Shown: piece by piece, positions 1 through 12,800 of the stretch
Layout of the letters: the number at the start of each line of letters is the position of its first letter
How positions within the stretch are numbered: the stretch's first letter is position 1
Origin: Octopus vulgaris
Taxonomy: Eukaryota
Length of the DNA: 64,000 nt
Direction: 5' to 3'
NCBI GenBank assembly: GCA_951406725.2
Contig: OX597827.1
Location: 50,282,001-50,346,000 of the forward strand
Translations under genes and position numbers: made by a program
The notes under the pieces: generated by a model
Databases searched by the model: none
Told to the model about the DNA's origin: nothing
The model's input: only the letters and a program-made list of their open reading frames with translations

Positions 1-26
1 TGAACTTACATAGACAATATTTACAT

Positions 27-132
27 ATCGCCTGAGGAAACACAATTAGATCTCATAATGCAGGGAAACCGTTGCATAATCAAATACCTGCTCGCCTGGA
101 GAAGTATGTTGCGTGGAAACGATTGTAGGGAT
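27..132 (+). ncRNA. Degenerate type I hammerhead ribozyme motif with long stem II insert
   Basis: atcgc-CTGAGGA-(acacaat...gttgcgt)-GAAAC-gatt-GTA-gggat; stems I and II each carry a mismatch. Confidence 0.5.
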
Positions 133-185
133 TAAAAGATAAATGTCCATCCGTACTCCTCGACTCCAATATTTACAATTATATA

Positions 186-224
<39 letters not shown>

Positions 225-227
<3 letters not shown>

Positions 228-376
228 CGCAGGAGTGGGTATGTTGTAAGTAGCTTGTTTACCAGCCACAGGGTTCTGGGCAAGTGTCCTCTACTGTCTT
301 CTACTATGGCTTCGGGCCCTGGACGACCAAAGCCTTGTGAGTGAATTTGGTAGTCAAAAACGGAAAGAAGCCTGTC

Positions 377-430
<54 letters not shown>

Positions 431-640
431 GTTTATGTGCTTGTGTTTGCCCCCACCCATCATCGCTTGACAATCGATGGTGGCGTGTTTACGTTCTCCT
501 AAATTAGCGGTTCGGCGAAAGTGACTGCTGGAATAAGTACTAGGCGCTTACAAAGAATAAGTCTCCGGATCGATTTGTTCGACTAAAGGCCGTGCTCAAG
601 CATAGCCGCAGTGATATGACTGAAAGGAAAAAAAGTAAGA
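225..640 (+). mobile_element. tRNA-derived SINE, family 1 (internal TA/TG microsatellite)
   Basis: Head aggcgcaggagtgg..., tail ...gactaaaggccgtgctcaagcatagccgcagt; homologous copies at 655, 9548, 11866, 53105, 58465. Confidence 0.85.
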
Positions 641-654
641 ACATATATATAGGT

Positions 655-900
655 ATTCATTTCTGTTTATTCGTTACAGTCATTTGATTGCGGCCATACT
701 TGAGCACCGCCTTTAGTCGAGCAAATCGACCCCAGGACTTACTCTTTGTAAGTCTAGTACTTATTCTATCGGACACGCTTGACGAACCGCTAAGTTACAG
801 GGACGTAAACACACCAGCACTGGTTGTCAAGCGATGCTTTTTTGGGTGCGGGGGGGGGTCAAACACAGACACACAAACACACGCGGACATACATATATAT
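655..900 (-). mobile_element. SINE family 1, 3' half
   Basis: Reverse complement of the tail of the 225-640 copy. Confidence 0.8.
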
Positions 901-947
901 GCACCTCGAGATGCTTTTGATTCATATTTGAAGTTTGTTCGTGGCAT

Positions 948-980
<33 letters not shown>

Positions 981-1209
981 CATACATATACATATATGTG
1001 TGTGTAGATATATTGTATCGTATTGTATGTTGTCTGCTTTCTGTTCTCTATGCTAGCAGCCTACTGCTTGAACCTTACAGACTTCTTACATTGGGATTCT
1101 TGGATCGTATTTACATAGTAAAATTTTCTTCTGATACCTGCGGACACTAACGGTGTGGAAGCCCCCGGAATGGGAAAAATATAGTTGAAACTGTCAGAGG
1201 ATGTTCCCT

Positions 1210-1347
<138 letters not shown>

Positions 1348-1351
1348 TTAA

Positions 1352-1435
1352 TGGCTGATGAGTGCTCAGCATTTTAAAACTGTTGTAATACTTATAACAT
1401 TTAATAAAATGATGTAGCATGAAACGATCGTACCA
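1352..1435 (+). ncRNA. Type I hammerhead ribozyme, intact core, PLE-type
   Basis: tgg-CTGATGA-gtgct...agcat (extended hairpin)-GAAAC-gatc-GTA-cca; palindromic stem III (cgatcg). Confidence 0.75.
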
Positions 1436-1562
1436 AATTACCGAAGTTATTCTTGTTGCTCATTTTGATTATAACCACCCATGGATTTATATGGATAACA
1501 CCATACAAAATTCTGGTCCATCTAACTTAAGTACCATATTCATATGGATCTAAATTTTGCTG

Positions 1563-1654
<92 letters not shown>

Positions 1655-1655
<1 letters not shown>

Positions 1656-2460
1656 AATTGAAAGAATGAGATAAAAAAAAAACAAGGCAGTAAATAGATT
1701 TCATAACATTTATCAAGAAAGGTCTTACAGCTGTTTCCAGGATATTTTATATATCCCTTCATTAGAGACGGTGCGAGAAAATCTTTGAGTAGCAATTATT
1801 GTAGAGAAGATATGAAGTACAGACGGAAATAAGAGAATGAATATAGAAGTGAAATACATAAGGATATTATGTCTGTAGTTCCATTATTCAAGTAGAATGG
1901 TGTACATAAATGGGGACAAAATTTTTTGAAGAAATTTTCTTGTACGGTGTGTGGTTTCCAATGGTGGTTATATTTGGTCATTCCAAGCAGAGCCTTGTAA
2001 ACAATGTTGGTCGATCGAGGGATTTTTTCTTTTGGTGTGAATTAAAATGTGTTAGTAGTGTTAATGGATAGATTGAGGGAGGAGAGATGTGTATGATTAG
2101 AAAGAGGAGATAGGTAAAACCAAAAACAAGAAGATAGAATGGGAGGGAAAAGAGAAGCAGAAGGGAGGGAGACAAAAAAGAAATGAAGACAGGGGAACAA
2201 AATGAGAGAGAGTGTGTTATCTAGTGATGGGAGGAAGGGAGAGGGGAGGGGAAGAGAGAGGAAGCGATAAGATGGTAAAGAATAAAAGTGTGTGATAAAG
2301 CTGTATTAAGGGATTGGTACAGAAAAGGTTGAGAGAAGGTAAGCGAGGGGTAATATGTAGGGTATTGGCTTTGATAGTAAAAATTGAGGTGGAATGAAGA
2401 ATATAAGGGGGTCAAGTTGCTATAGATATGTGTGGTAGGTTAGTAGGAAAAAAAAGAATG
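1655..2460 (-). mobile_element. Penelope-like element terminal (pLTR-like) remnant
   Basis: Contains a hammerhead motif at 1722-1769; its left part is homologous to 16135-16300; abuts (TA)n. Confidence 0.55.
1722..1769 (-). ncRNA. Hammerhead motif with G5A change (CTAATGA)
   Basis: gtct-CTAATGA-a-gggatat/atatcct-g-GAAAC-agct-GTA-agac. Confidence 0.65.
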
Positions 2461-2613
2461 TATATGTGTGAATATGTAAACACACATACGTACCTACACA
2501 TGGATATATATATATGTGTGTGTGTAGTGATAAATTACATGGGTATTGACGTTGTGTGTATTTTCGGCATATTTTGGCATTAGAAATTTTTTCTTTTGCC
2601 CTTACTTATAAAT

Positions 2614-2649
<36 letters not shown>

Positions 2650-2855
2650 CGCACTTCAAAACATACACACGCATACAAACTCATGTACGTTCACGTGCAT
2701 TCACACACATGTACACTCATTCGCATCTATTTTTGTATAAATAAAAAAAGCATGCATACAAGCACACACACGCATATACTCATATGTATGTATGTATATA
2801 TATATATACATATATATATATAACTTCCGTCACTGATTTCGAAAAACTGTCAGCC

Positions 2856-2900
<45 letters not shown>

Positions 2901-2953
2901 GTTTAAATATTTGTTGTGCAAGATTTTTTATGTGAAGTCGTGTGTTGAAACAG

Positions 2954-3036
2954 ATATTGTTGTATTTAGGAATGGTCATTTTGCCAGTTTTTATTGGCTA
3001 AACTGGCAAAATGACCATTCCTAAATACAACAATAT
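2954..3036. repeat. 37-bp perfect inverted repeat, 9-nt spacer
   Basis: atattgttgtatttaggaatggtcattttgccagttt / aaactggcaaaatgaccattcctaaatacaacaatat. Confidence 0.9.
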
Positions 3037-3056
3037 ATACACACACACACACACAC

Positions 3057-3084
<28 letters not shown>

Positions 3085-3087
<3 letters not shown>

Positions 3088-3400
3088 CTTCTCTTCCTCC
3101 CACCCCAAACATACAAAGCTTTCCATCCCCTATTCCCAATTCCTCCGTCTATGCAGGCTCTATAGTGACGACCATGACTTTGAGACTCAGTCTCAACTCA
3201 TGGTTTGCCACTTCATCCTACGTGGTATCCCCTCAACACTATCCACATCGCCCTTGCCAGAACACGTTCCGTGGACCGTGCATCTGCTCACTGCCCCCGA
3301 ACGCGCCCCACCGTCTCCCGCCTCCCATTCCCCTCATCTACCACGCCACCACCCTACCTCCCCAACGCACCATTCTCCGAGCCTTCAATATTGTATGTGA
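3085..3400 (+). mobile_element. Penelope-like element RT thumb-domain fragment
   Basis: SSSHPKHTKLSIPYSQFLRLCRLYSDDHDF...FILRG matches the PLE HP..K.SIP.SQ.LR..R.CS...F...RGY pattern. Confidence 0.8.
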
Positions 3401-3896
3401 GATATTCCTGATAATAGCTCCAAGATGGTTGAACCTGGACTGTTGTATTTTATATTTTCATTCAGTTTATGGTAGGGTCTGTAGAGATTTGTATTTAAGT
3501 CTAAAGAGGTATCAAGGAAATTCACTAATTAATGGTTCTCATTTAGAGTGATAAACCGTGGTTCTTCACAAACTTAAATAAGTTTTTCATATTTCTTTCT
3601 AAATCTACCTTGCTACACCAATGGATAGAGGTAACAGAAATAGCATAGAATAACAAGTTTATTTCATAAAATAGCTTACATGCATCTTTGGATTCACATT
3701 TGTATAGGTAACGCAAAATGTATGCTATATGTATATATAACACAAACGTTTGGATATACAACACTAAATCAGACTGTTCTGTCGCACGTTCGGATGGCGT
3801 GCCTACGCCAATAACGTATCTCTACTCAACTACCAGACTCTCGCTTCCGACGACTCGACTCAACAGAGCTCGACGTCTAGTCTACCGACGGCTCCT

Positions 3897-5690
3897 GTTT
3901 CTTTATTATAGCCAGAAGGGCTCAACATAGAGGGGAGACAAACAAGGACAGAGAGGACACCACAAAGGGGACAATACATAGAACGAATATGAAGGTAAAG
4001 GTTATATAACAATGAAATTACGAATTGCAGCATGCGCCCTTCATCACATGCAGTACCATTAATCTTGTTTACAGTCAATTATCGGGTATTTAAATAACTA
4101 TTAACTAACATTTAACATACAATTGCAAGTAACCAATCCGTGTATTATCCGGAGGTCCACATCTGGTTCCTGACGCATTGTCTTTCCGATAAAAACAGTC
4201 TTATTACACGCTATCCATTGATTGAGGGCTATCTGAAGGACAGTCTTTTATTAGCGGTATCACATCATCACAGTCGATTACTGGTTTCACCTTTTCAAAT
4301 TCGACTTCAAACTGTACCATTCCCATGTCGCACCTTTTTTTGAACTCCTCATAGCCATTCAGTTATATTATTATTGCTTTAGTTCCATCGTTGCTGTAAT
4401 CCTTAGGTAATTTTACCCGTATTACTGACTTTCAGGATCTCTGTTTCCGTATGTTTACTCTTTTGATATTCAACATAATACCATCTCTTCTTCGTCTGGT
4501 TTTCTCTCCCTTCTTCATTGCTTTTTTCTTCACCTCTCTTCAACCTCACCTTCAGAGGAGAAACTTTCAAACTTTCCTCTTCTGTTTTCCTTGTCACTAT
4601 TTTTTTCCATTACTTCCCATCGCCTCTTATTTCTTTTTCAGCTTCTCCGGTGGAGAACCCCTTCTACTTTTTCTTTTCCGCGGTTTCCCCTCCACGAATT
4701 CTTTCTCTGTATCCCCTGTTTCAGCTCCTTCTCCACACTCCACCACGTTTGCCTCTCTCTGCATCGAACTCTCTTCCCTCTTTTTTTCCTTGTTTTGAGG
4801 GCAGTCCGCTTTTTTGTGTCCTCTTTTGCTACACAAAAAAAAAAAAAATAAATAAAGGCCTGCCCTCTACTACCACATTCCGCTTGTTTCCTTCGGACAG
4901 TACTATTTCTTCAACTATAGAATTCTGATCTTCCAAGGTGGCTTGAATTTTCCTTTCTAGTCTGTACCCCAAGAAGTCCAACTTTTGAGTTCATGTTGCC
5001 TTAAATATTTTCGGATTCTGTTTCATGTGGAACAAGACTGCCGCCATAACCCACGTCTCGTCGTATTCGGGTGAGATTTTACCCACCCTTACTCTCGCTA
5101 TTCTTTTCCCGCAGTAACTCGGTAGGAAAGCCTATTCGTCGTCCCTAATGGCGTCTACTGCATGCTGTGCTGCTACTTCCTCAGATGCGAACCTGACTTC
5201 TACCACTCCAAGCTTCCGACTTCTTGTTACAAAAGTTGTCAGGTGTTTAATATTTTTGAGTTTTTTTCTATACTCTCAGTCGTCGCGGTTTCTAATTTTC
5301 CTGTGGACAATCTTAAATGCCTATACAGGACCGTTCTTTTTTGTAAACTTTTCAAAAATTCCTTTGGCGGTGCCAGATGGAATTCTGCTCCTTGATTTGT
5401 TAACAATTTTCCACATTCTTTAATTCTGTCTGTTTCTACCTTCACGTCCCTCACTGTTAATGAGGCAATACTGCTACTACCCGTTGCCACCGTTGAACAG
5501 CTCTGGCTCGAGGTATTCAAATTCTCCATTATACAATTGAATCACAAACAACAGAAATATACAGGCACACACGCACAGGGAAAGTCTTCAACATTCAGTA
5601 ATAATTACTTCACAATCAATTAACATGCAACTCACAAAAATTAATTCCAACACTCTGACGACTCCTACCGACGGCTCCGGCCTGCTCGCT
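3897..5690 (-). mobile_element. gag/ORF1-only non-LTR element A (L1/Tx1-like ORF1, degenerate)
   Basis: ORF1 from ATG 5529 with VVVEGR...CSKRGHKKADC zinc knuckle and KE-rich tail, then 3' UTR ending aataaagaaa; no ORF2 in between. Confidence 0.7.
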
Positions 5691-5699
5691 CGAAGCTTA

Positions 5700-6900
5700 T
5701 TCCTTTATTTGGCACATTGGCCACAACACAGAGGAGGACACTACAAGGACAGACACAACACCACAATGGAGACATAAAACATAATGAGAATGAGATGTTA
5801 AATAAAAACGAAGAATTGAAATGGTTGCATGGTCCCCACTCCCATGCAGTACCATTTGAACGTTTATATACACTATTTACAATCGTGCTATTTTTCTATT
5901 GTTTTTTTTCTTAATCATCTTTTTTATCCTCTTTTTTTTTACATGGAACACTTTTTCCTTTTTTTCTTTCTTTTAACAAATCAATTTTACTTATTCTTTT
6001 TTTCCTTTTTAATACCTCATGAAAAGCTCCAAGTATCTTAGTTCAACTACGGGTTGATTATAAAAATTTTATAATTTTTCGTTCCGTCTCTTTGTTTTTT
6101 GCATATGTTACGAAATTCCATTTATGTTTTCCTTTTCTTGGTCGTCTCTTTTCTTCTTCCACTTCTTGTATCTTTTCCTTTTCCATCTCCACTCTGAACA
6201 ATTTCTCCATTTCACCCTCGTACAGTTGCACTCCTGAATCTTTTACCTTCGCTGGGAATAACCGGCGTCTTCAACACTATTTCCTCCATCTGTAACTCCT
6301 TCTCCAACACTTTTTCAATTACTTTATCACTTTCTTTCTCCACCATCCTTTTGTCTTCCTTCCTTCTGGTCACAGCTTTCATTTCAACTTCTTCTTTCTT
6401 CTTTTTCTGGTTACCTGGCGGCGGGTTCACTCTTCTACTTCTCCTTCTTTTTCTTTCCACTACCGTGAATCCCTCCTCCGTTGCTTTCTCTTCCATTTCC
6501 AACTGCACTACATGGTCCGCACTCTCCCACTTCTCCGTCTGTTCCCTCTGTGGGCACCTCGCCCTCATGAGGCCTTTCTCCCCACATGCAAAACATACAG
6601 TCTGCCCGCCCTCCACCACCACTCTCAATCTCAAATCGTTGGGCAGTACCATCTCCTCAGTAGTTGATTCTATGTGTCCTTGTGGCCTCTCTTTTGAGAG
6701 TTTTTTTTTTGTTAACCCGAATTTATCAATTTTATTTCTTTAGTGAGAAACAGGCATATCTTTTTCTCTTAGCGTTAATTTCCATAATTTCTGTAGGTTT
6801 TCTCTTCCTACTTGACCTATGTGTCGATTCTGCTTCTGCTTGTGGTTCTGGGACCTTGAACAACTCATACCATATATCCATTGGTTCCTCTCGCTTCTCT
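5700..6900 (-). mobile_element. gag/ORF1-only non-LTR element B (5'-truncated)
   Basis: LRVVVEGGQTVCFACGEKGLMRARC degenerate knuckle, GFTVVERKRR motif; 3' UTR homologous to element A (catgcagtaccatt; caaggacaga). Confidence 0.7.
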
Positions 6901-6929
6901 TGATTTTTGGTATATTATTTTTAATTGGT

Positions 6930-8082
6930 TCAAATGTACCTTTTGCGGCATTAAATCAAGTTGAGAAGGAATTAAAAAGATTGGAAGACATGGAGGTAAT
7001 TGAAAAGTTAGACTACTCTGAGTGGGAGGCTCCTACTCTATATATAAAAGAGAAGAACAACGAAATAAGAGTATGTGCGGACTTCTCAACAGGTCTTAAT
7101 GATTGTTTAAAAAATTACAATTATCCACTTCCAAACCCTGAAGAAATATTTGCTGGATTTGTCAGAGGCTCACCTCCAATTACTGATAGATGAAGAATGT
7201 GCTAAAGTATTAACAATCAATACTCATAAAGGTCTCTACCGTTTCAAAAGACTGCCATTTGGGGTTAAGGTCGCACCAGCAATATTTCAGCAAGTGATGG
7301 ATACTATGCTAGCAGATTGTGAGTTCGCAGTCCCATACATGGATGATATATTGATCAAAAGTGAATCGAGGGACCAACATATTGAACATATAAAAGAGGT
7401 TTTCAAACGAATAAGCGATTATGGGTTTAAAGTAAGTGAGGATAAATGTGAATTTTTGTTTATTTTGGTAAAAATAAAGTACTTAGGACGGACAGGTGAT
7501 CGATGAAAACGGACGAAAACCGGACCCTTCTAGGATCGACGCGATAGAAAAAAATGCCTGCTCCCACTAACAAAACAACACTACAAGCATTTTAGGTCTG
7601 GTAAGTTATTACTAGTTGTACATAGCTAAAATGTATGGGCTAAGAGCTCCGTTGAACAAGTTGCTAAAGAAGAACTTGAAATGGGACTGGACACACGAAT
7701 GTCAGAAGGCATTCGAGGAATTAAAATAGCGGTTAACATCAGAGTTACCATTAACTCATTTCGACCCAAACCTGAAAATAATTGTGGCATCGGATGCCAG
7801 TGAATATGGTATAGGAGCTGTGATATTGCATACATTTAAGGATGGTACAATCAAAGCTATTGCCCATGCATCGAGAGTTCTATTACCAGCGGAAAGAAAC
7901 TACAGCCAGATTGAAAAAGAGGCGTTATCATTAATCTTCGCAGTAAAAAAAATCCATAAATTCTTACATGGGAGGAAATTTACACTGCAAATGGATCATC
8001 GACCGTTACTGTTTATTTTCGGTTCGAAAAAGGGTATCCCTACGCACTGAGCAAACCGCTTACAGCGCTGGGGTACTATCTT
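6930..8082 (+). mobile_element. Ty3/Gypsy LTR retrotransposon pol fragment (RT + RNase H), frameshifted
   Basis: [62 protein letters not shown]. Confidence 0.95.
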
Positions 8083-9540
8083 CAGAAGCTGGTTTGAAAA
8101 CAGCCCGGTAGTTTGATCACCAAATAATTGAACTCCCATGTTAATTGTCAGGTGCAGTTTAGTCACTTGCCTCCACAGAGAGGATTGTTTGAGACAGGCC
8201 TGTAGTTCATCTGTTTTTGTACCTTTTGGGATCACAAGAAGGGTTTGTCCGAAATCCCCAGCCAAAACTACAGTGACCTCACCCATGAGAATGTCCTTTC
8301 CTCTCAAATCTCTTAAGCAAATGTCAACAGCTTCAAGTGCTCCACGGTGAGACATGGTGCATTCATTCCAAACTATAAAGCACATCTGCCGCAAGACCTT
8401 GGCCTTTGCTGATGTCTTAGAGATGTTTCAAATTGGAGTATCTGTCCTAACTAAATCCAAGGAAAGCTTCAAAGTAGAATGAGTTGTTCGTCCACCTGTC
8501 AAGAGAGTAGCTGCTATTCCAGAAGACGTTACCGCCAATGCAATGCACCCATCTAGACGAACTTTTGCTAGCAAAAGGTTTATCAAAAATGTCTTCCCAG
8601 TACCCCCAGGAGCACCCAAAATGAACAGGCCATCCCTTTCCTCCTGATGCATTTGAATGATGCAATTGTAAGCTGTCCGTTGTTCAGTCAAAAGCTTTGG
8701 CTCATTCTTTGTTACATACTCATAGATATTGTTCATGTAATAGAATTTCTCCCTTAAAATTTCCTGGTCTGTTCTGGACTGTTCTCTTATTTGATCTGGC
8801 AAGCCATACTTCTGCAAAGATTTTCCTCTAAGCTGAAGGAATTTGTATTCAAGAAGTAGAGCCTCGTTCTTGATGTTGTCAGTCAACTGGATTTCGAGAT
8901 CTTGATTTTTCCTCTGCAATCTGTTAACCATGTCTTCACAGAAAGATTCCTGATGATTCTCCCACAGTTGGCGAGGGCTAGAGATGTAACAAGCCTGAAG
9001 CATAATGGTGAAGAGATTTTGCAACTGAAATGCAGAACAGAAAACAACTGCCTCATCCAGAGTCGCATTCCAGTAACTATCATCTTCAAGGAGGCTATGG
9101 AAATGGCAAGCCTGTCGGTAAGAGCTACAGATATGGCCATTGCAAGTCTTCAGATCTAGGAAACTCTTTGGACCACGGACTATGTGCAAAAGGAGCCCCA
9201 GAAAATAACACTCAAAGTTGTTGGGATGCAGTGTAGACCCTTCCCAATACTGAATGTCTTCTGATTTCTGGAAGCCCTTCAACAGTTTGACCAATGGTAC
9301 ATCTCGCCCATTGTTTAGTTCTCTGTTGCCATGTGTGATACTGAGGGAGTTCTTGGTACAAAAGAGTCGAAGCAAATGGATCTGTGCGACAATATAGTTG
9401 AACGTGAAGACATTATGGATTGTCTGGATTAAAGTATACTCGCTGGTCATTAACTAGATGTACAACTAAATGGATAACAGTTGGATGCCGTTCATGCAGT
9501 AGCAAGTTAAACAGTCTCTAGGCTACCTCATTGCTGCTGT
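8083..9540 (-). mobile_element. Helitron Rep-helicase (PIF1-type) fragment
   Basis: SSNE..RLF..LHERHPTVIHLVVHL, LLLHIVRGPKSF, Walker A GAPGGTGKTFL, SSGIAATLL, ECTMSH, GDF.QTL. Confidence 0.93.
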
Positions 9541-9547
9541 CATTGCT

Positions 9548-9585
9548 GTTGTCAAGCGATGGTGGGGTTATGAATACAGACACAA

Positions 9586-9622
<37 letters not shown>

Positions 9623-9768
9623 CCACGGGCTTCCTTCAGTTTCCGTCTACCATATCCACTCAGAACGCTTTGGTCGACCCGATGACACTCACCCTAGGTG
9701 TCACGTAGCGGGACTGAATCTCATGTGGTTGGGAAGTAAACTCCTTACCACACAGCCACGCCTGCGCC
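9548..9768 (-). mobile_element. SINE family 1, partial
   Basis: Homology to the 225-640 head and core. Confidence 0.75.
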
Positions 9769-9779
9769 ATCCACACGAC

Positions 9780-11240
9780 CATGCTGGGCTTGTTTTCGTC
9801 GTTAGGTCGACAGTTTTACAGCGACAGTAACTTAACCACTTCTACTGTGCCTGGACAGTTTCCAGAACGAAATACCAAGCCCCAAATACACTTATCACCT
9901 CTCCATTTAAACATAAGCCAAGAAGGAAGGCAAGCCAATACATTCGCAGCATCCGCAAGAGATTTCAGTTATCTATTTAATATAACCTTAGATATCTGCC
10001 TTAGGGTCACACCCTCCGAATTTCCTGTTGTAGTAACTCTCTGAGCATTTTCAAATGCTCAGTAAATTACGATACAACGCAGCAGGTGGTTATTATTAAA
10101 GTGGACAGGCATGATTTGTTCATAGCCAATCTGACTCTTTCATCCTTCAAACTTGTAATGTTCTAGTGCAATAAATTTTATGAGAAAAGTAGTTATCAAG
10201 ATGCAGGATTTGTATAGAGTTATCTGACGTCTTTGGTTGATTTCTATCCCTGTCACCGCCTCGTGTTCCCATACAGCGGTGCCGATCACCTTGATTTGCC
10301 TAGAGTCCGGAACGATATCGGTGCATCATGGTTCTGCTATGTTTTAGTTCGTGCGAGATACCCTCAACATCTTTGTTTTTCATAGAAGTGATTCAAGTGT
10401 TAGTACATACAGAAAAATCTTACAAGTGTTAATATATACAGAAAATGTACAGCCTTGATGAACCGATCGTATGATACTAGTTGGTTCCCGAAATGTTGCC
10501 ATTCACCATAACCACCGATAAGATGTCGCAGTATTGTAATCTAACCTCGGAAGACTGTCCGAAACCAGCCACCTTGAGAAACTCCTTTAAACGCTTTTGA
10601 TTTGAAGGTCAAATCCATGCCGAGTTCCTTATCCAGCCTCTTTATGGTGTATTGCAAACGGTGGAAATTGTCTTAAATATATCTATTCGGAATGGTTTTT
10701 GCTTGCGTATCACCACTTAGACCACCAGTGACAAGTGCCAACCTCTTTGCTAATAATTTGGACAAAATTTTGGAGCCAGAGTTATGGGCCAAAAATCGAT
10801 GAGATTCCCTTTGTTTGGATCCTTTCTCAACAGTGTTACCGTTCTTCGACACACAGGATTGGAAATTCTACTCTTCTGCTGCCAGTTACAATATATATCT
10901 GCAAAGAAGTCTTAAAATCTCAAAACAAGTCTGGCATGTAAAAGTAAAGTTCGTAGGGCAGACCATCCAAACCAGGCGGTTTGCCTGATGTGCAGCCAAC
11001 TGTTACCTCCCGTATCTCTGTGGCGGTTATCGGCCTTTCGCAGAACGATGCCTCCACTACCGAGTATCAGGACAAGCTGTTGAGGTAGGTATTGAATCCA
11101 TCCAGCTTCCGGTTCACCATTTATCCTGAATATTCAGCCACAGTGCTACTGAAAAGTCTTAATCTTTTGCTTCGAATAGAGTAGCAGGCGTATCTTACAA
11201 ACCGTCGGAGATCGAATCGTGAATTAGTTGCTCCTTGCGT
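9780..11240 (-). mobile_element. L1/Tx1-like ORF2 reverse transcriptase fragment, degenerate
   Basis: GKPPGLDGLPYELY, WPITL, LLAKRLALV, IPNRYI*DN, SKAF motifs across frameshifts. Confidence 0.75.
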
Positions 11241-11676
11241 CTCTTCCAATACAGCATTAAACAAATTAAGGATTCAAAAAACGTTCATTATTTATTTAAT
11301 ACCCTACTACAAGATGTGCGTATGGCGTTAATGCTAGTTAAACTAGGAAGAAAGATTCTAGAAGAGGAACAACTTAAAATATTCAAATCTAACAATTACC
11401 AGCAAAATCATACAGCTAAAATAAGTACGTGGATAAAATACCAGCAGTGCCTCACGGCTAAAACAAGTGCAAGAATATTCGAACAGCGCACTAGCATACT
11501 TATAAAAGATAACGTCAAGACAATTTCAATAAGTCTTCAATGATTTACGCACTCAGAACTTGTATGGCTTCCTGAATAGCACCGGTTGATAATTCAGTGG
11601 TTAAATCTACTAGCAATATATAAAAGCCCTAAGCATTAAAAGGAAAAGTTTGTAATTAAAACACAAAAATAATCAG

Positions 11677-11723
<47 letters not shown>

Positions 11724-11865
11724 AAGAGGCGGAGAAAAAGAAACAAGGAAAGAGAGAAGTTGTGTGACAAAGTGATACCCTGGAAACAGTCCAGATCAAA
11801 ACTATAATGCAAATTCACTTAAGAACAATATTCAATCCATCGAATGACAGGTGCCTCAAAAAGAC

Positions 11866-12168
11866 ACTCTTTTACTCTTTTATATGTTTTAGTTATTTGA
11901 CTGCGGCCATGCTGGAGCACCGCCTTTAGTCGAACAAATCGACCCCAGAACTTAATCTTTGTAAGCCTAGTACTTATTCTATCGGTCTCTTTTGCCTAAC
12001 CGCTGAGTTACGGGGTCGTTAACACACCAACATCTGTTGTCAAGCGATGGTGGGGGACAAATACAGACACACAAGCACGCGCGCGTGCGCGCACACACAC
12101 ACACATACACACACACATACGACGGGTTTCTTTCGATTCTCGTCTACGAAATCCACTCACAAGGCTCA
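11866..12168 (-). mobile_element. SINE family 1
   Basis: Reverse-complement tail ctgcggccatgctggagcaccgcctttagtcg and core. Confidence 0.85.
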
Positions 12169-12414
12169 TGTATCCAATTAAAGCAACTACTAAAAAATAG
12201 CTCCTAAAATAATTGTATTGCATTCACAGAAAATAAGATCATTAGCAATTACACACACATAAGAACACTATCACACACACACACACACATACACAAATAG
12301 ACAAAACATACATTCTTTCCAGAACAATCGCTATCTCAATATATTCTCGAACTTAATGGAGCAGGGAACTGGCCTCTTCGCTGTGTGCGAGAATGTAGTG
12401 ATAAATAATTCATT

Positions 12415-12800
12415 CATTTAACCCCCATGTAAAGCATAGACCACCATCGTGAAAATCTGCATCAGCTTCGGTCTTGGCAATATTCTGCTGTAGTTATCCT
12501 TTGGTGTAGCCACCTTTCAGTGCTTCAGTTTCCGTGGACCTCCAGCTGTTTATGACCTGTCACGCTTTCTTTTTCCAAGAGGTGTCCATCGGAGGGCTTG
12601 CCTTGTAATGTTGGAAACAGGTTTCCGTAGGGTAATTTCCAACCCATCCCATTTTCCCTATCTTTATCCGAGTTTTCATCGGCTGCTGGTTCTCCTGTTC
12701 CCACAAAGCTTTGCTTATGTGTCTGTTTTGCCATCTCACCCGAAAGATATTCCGAGACATCTATTCACGAACGTTCAGATCTTGTCGATGGAAAACTTAC
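12415..12800 (-). mobile_element. RTE-clade LINE 3' fragment
   Basis: IFRVRWQN, GWVG, NITRQALRWTPLGKRKRDR motifs typical of the RTE C-terminus. Confidence 0.75.

Noticed and set aside
11240-11600. Possible GIY-YIG remnant
   Set aside because: Motifs too eroded to support
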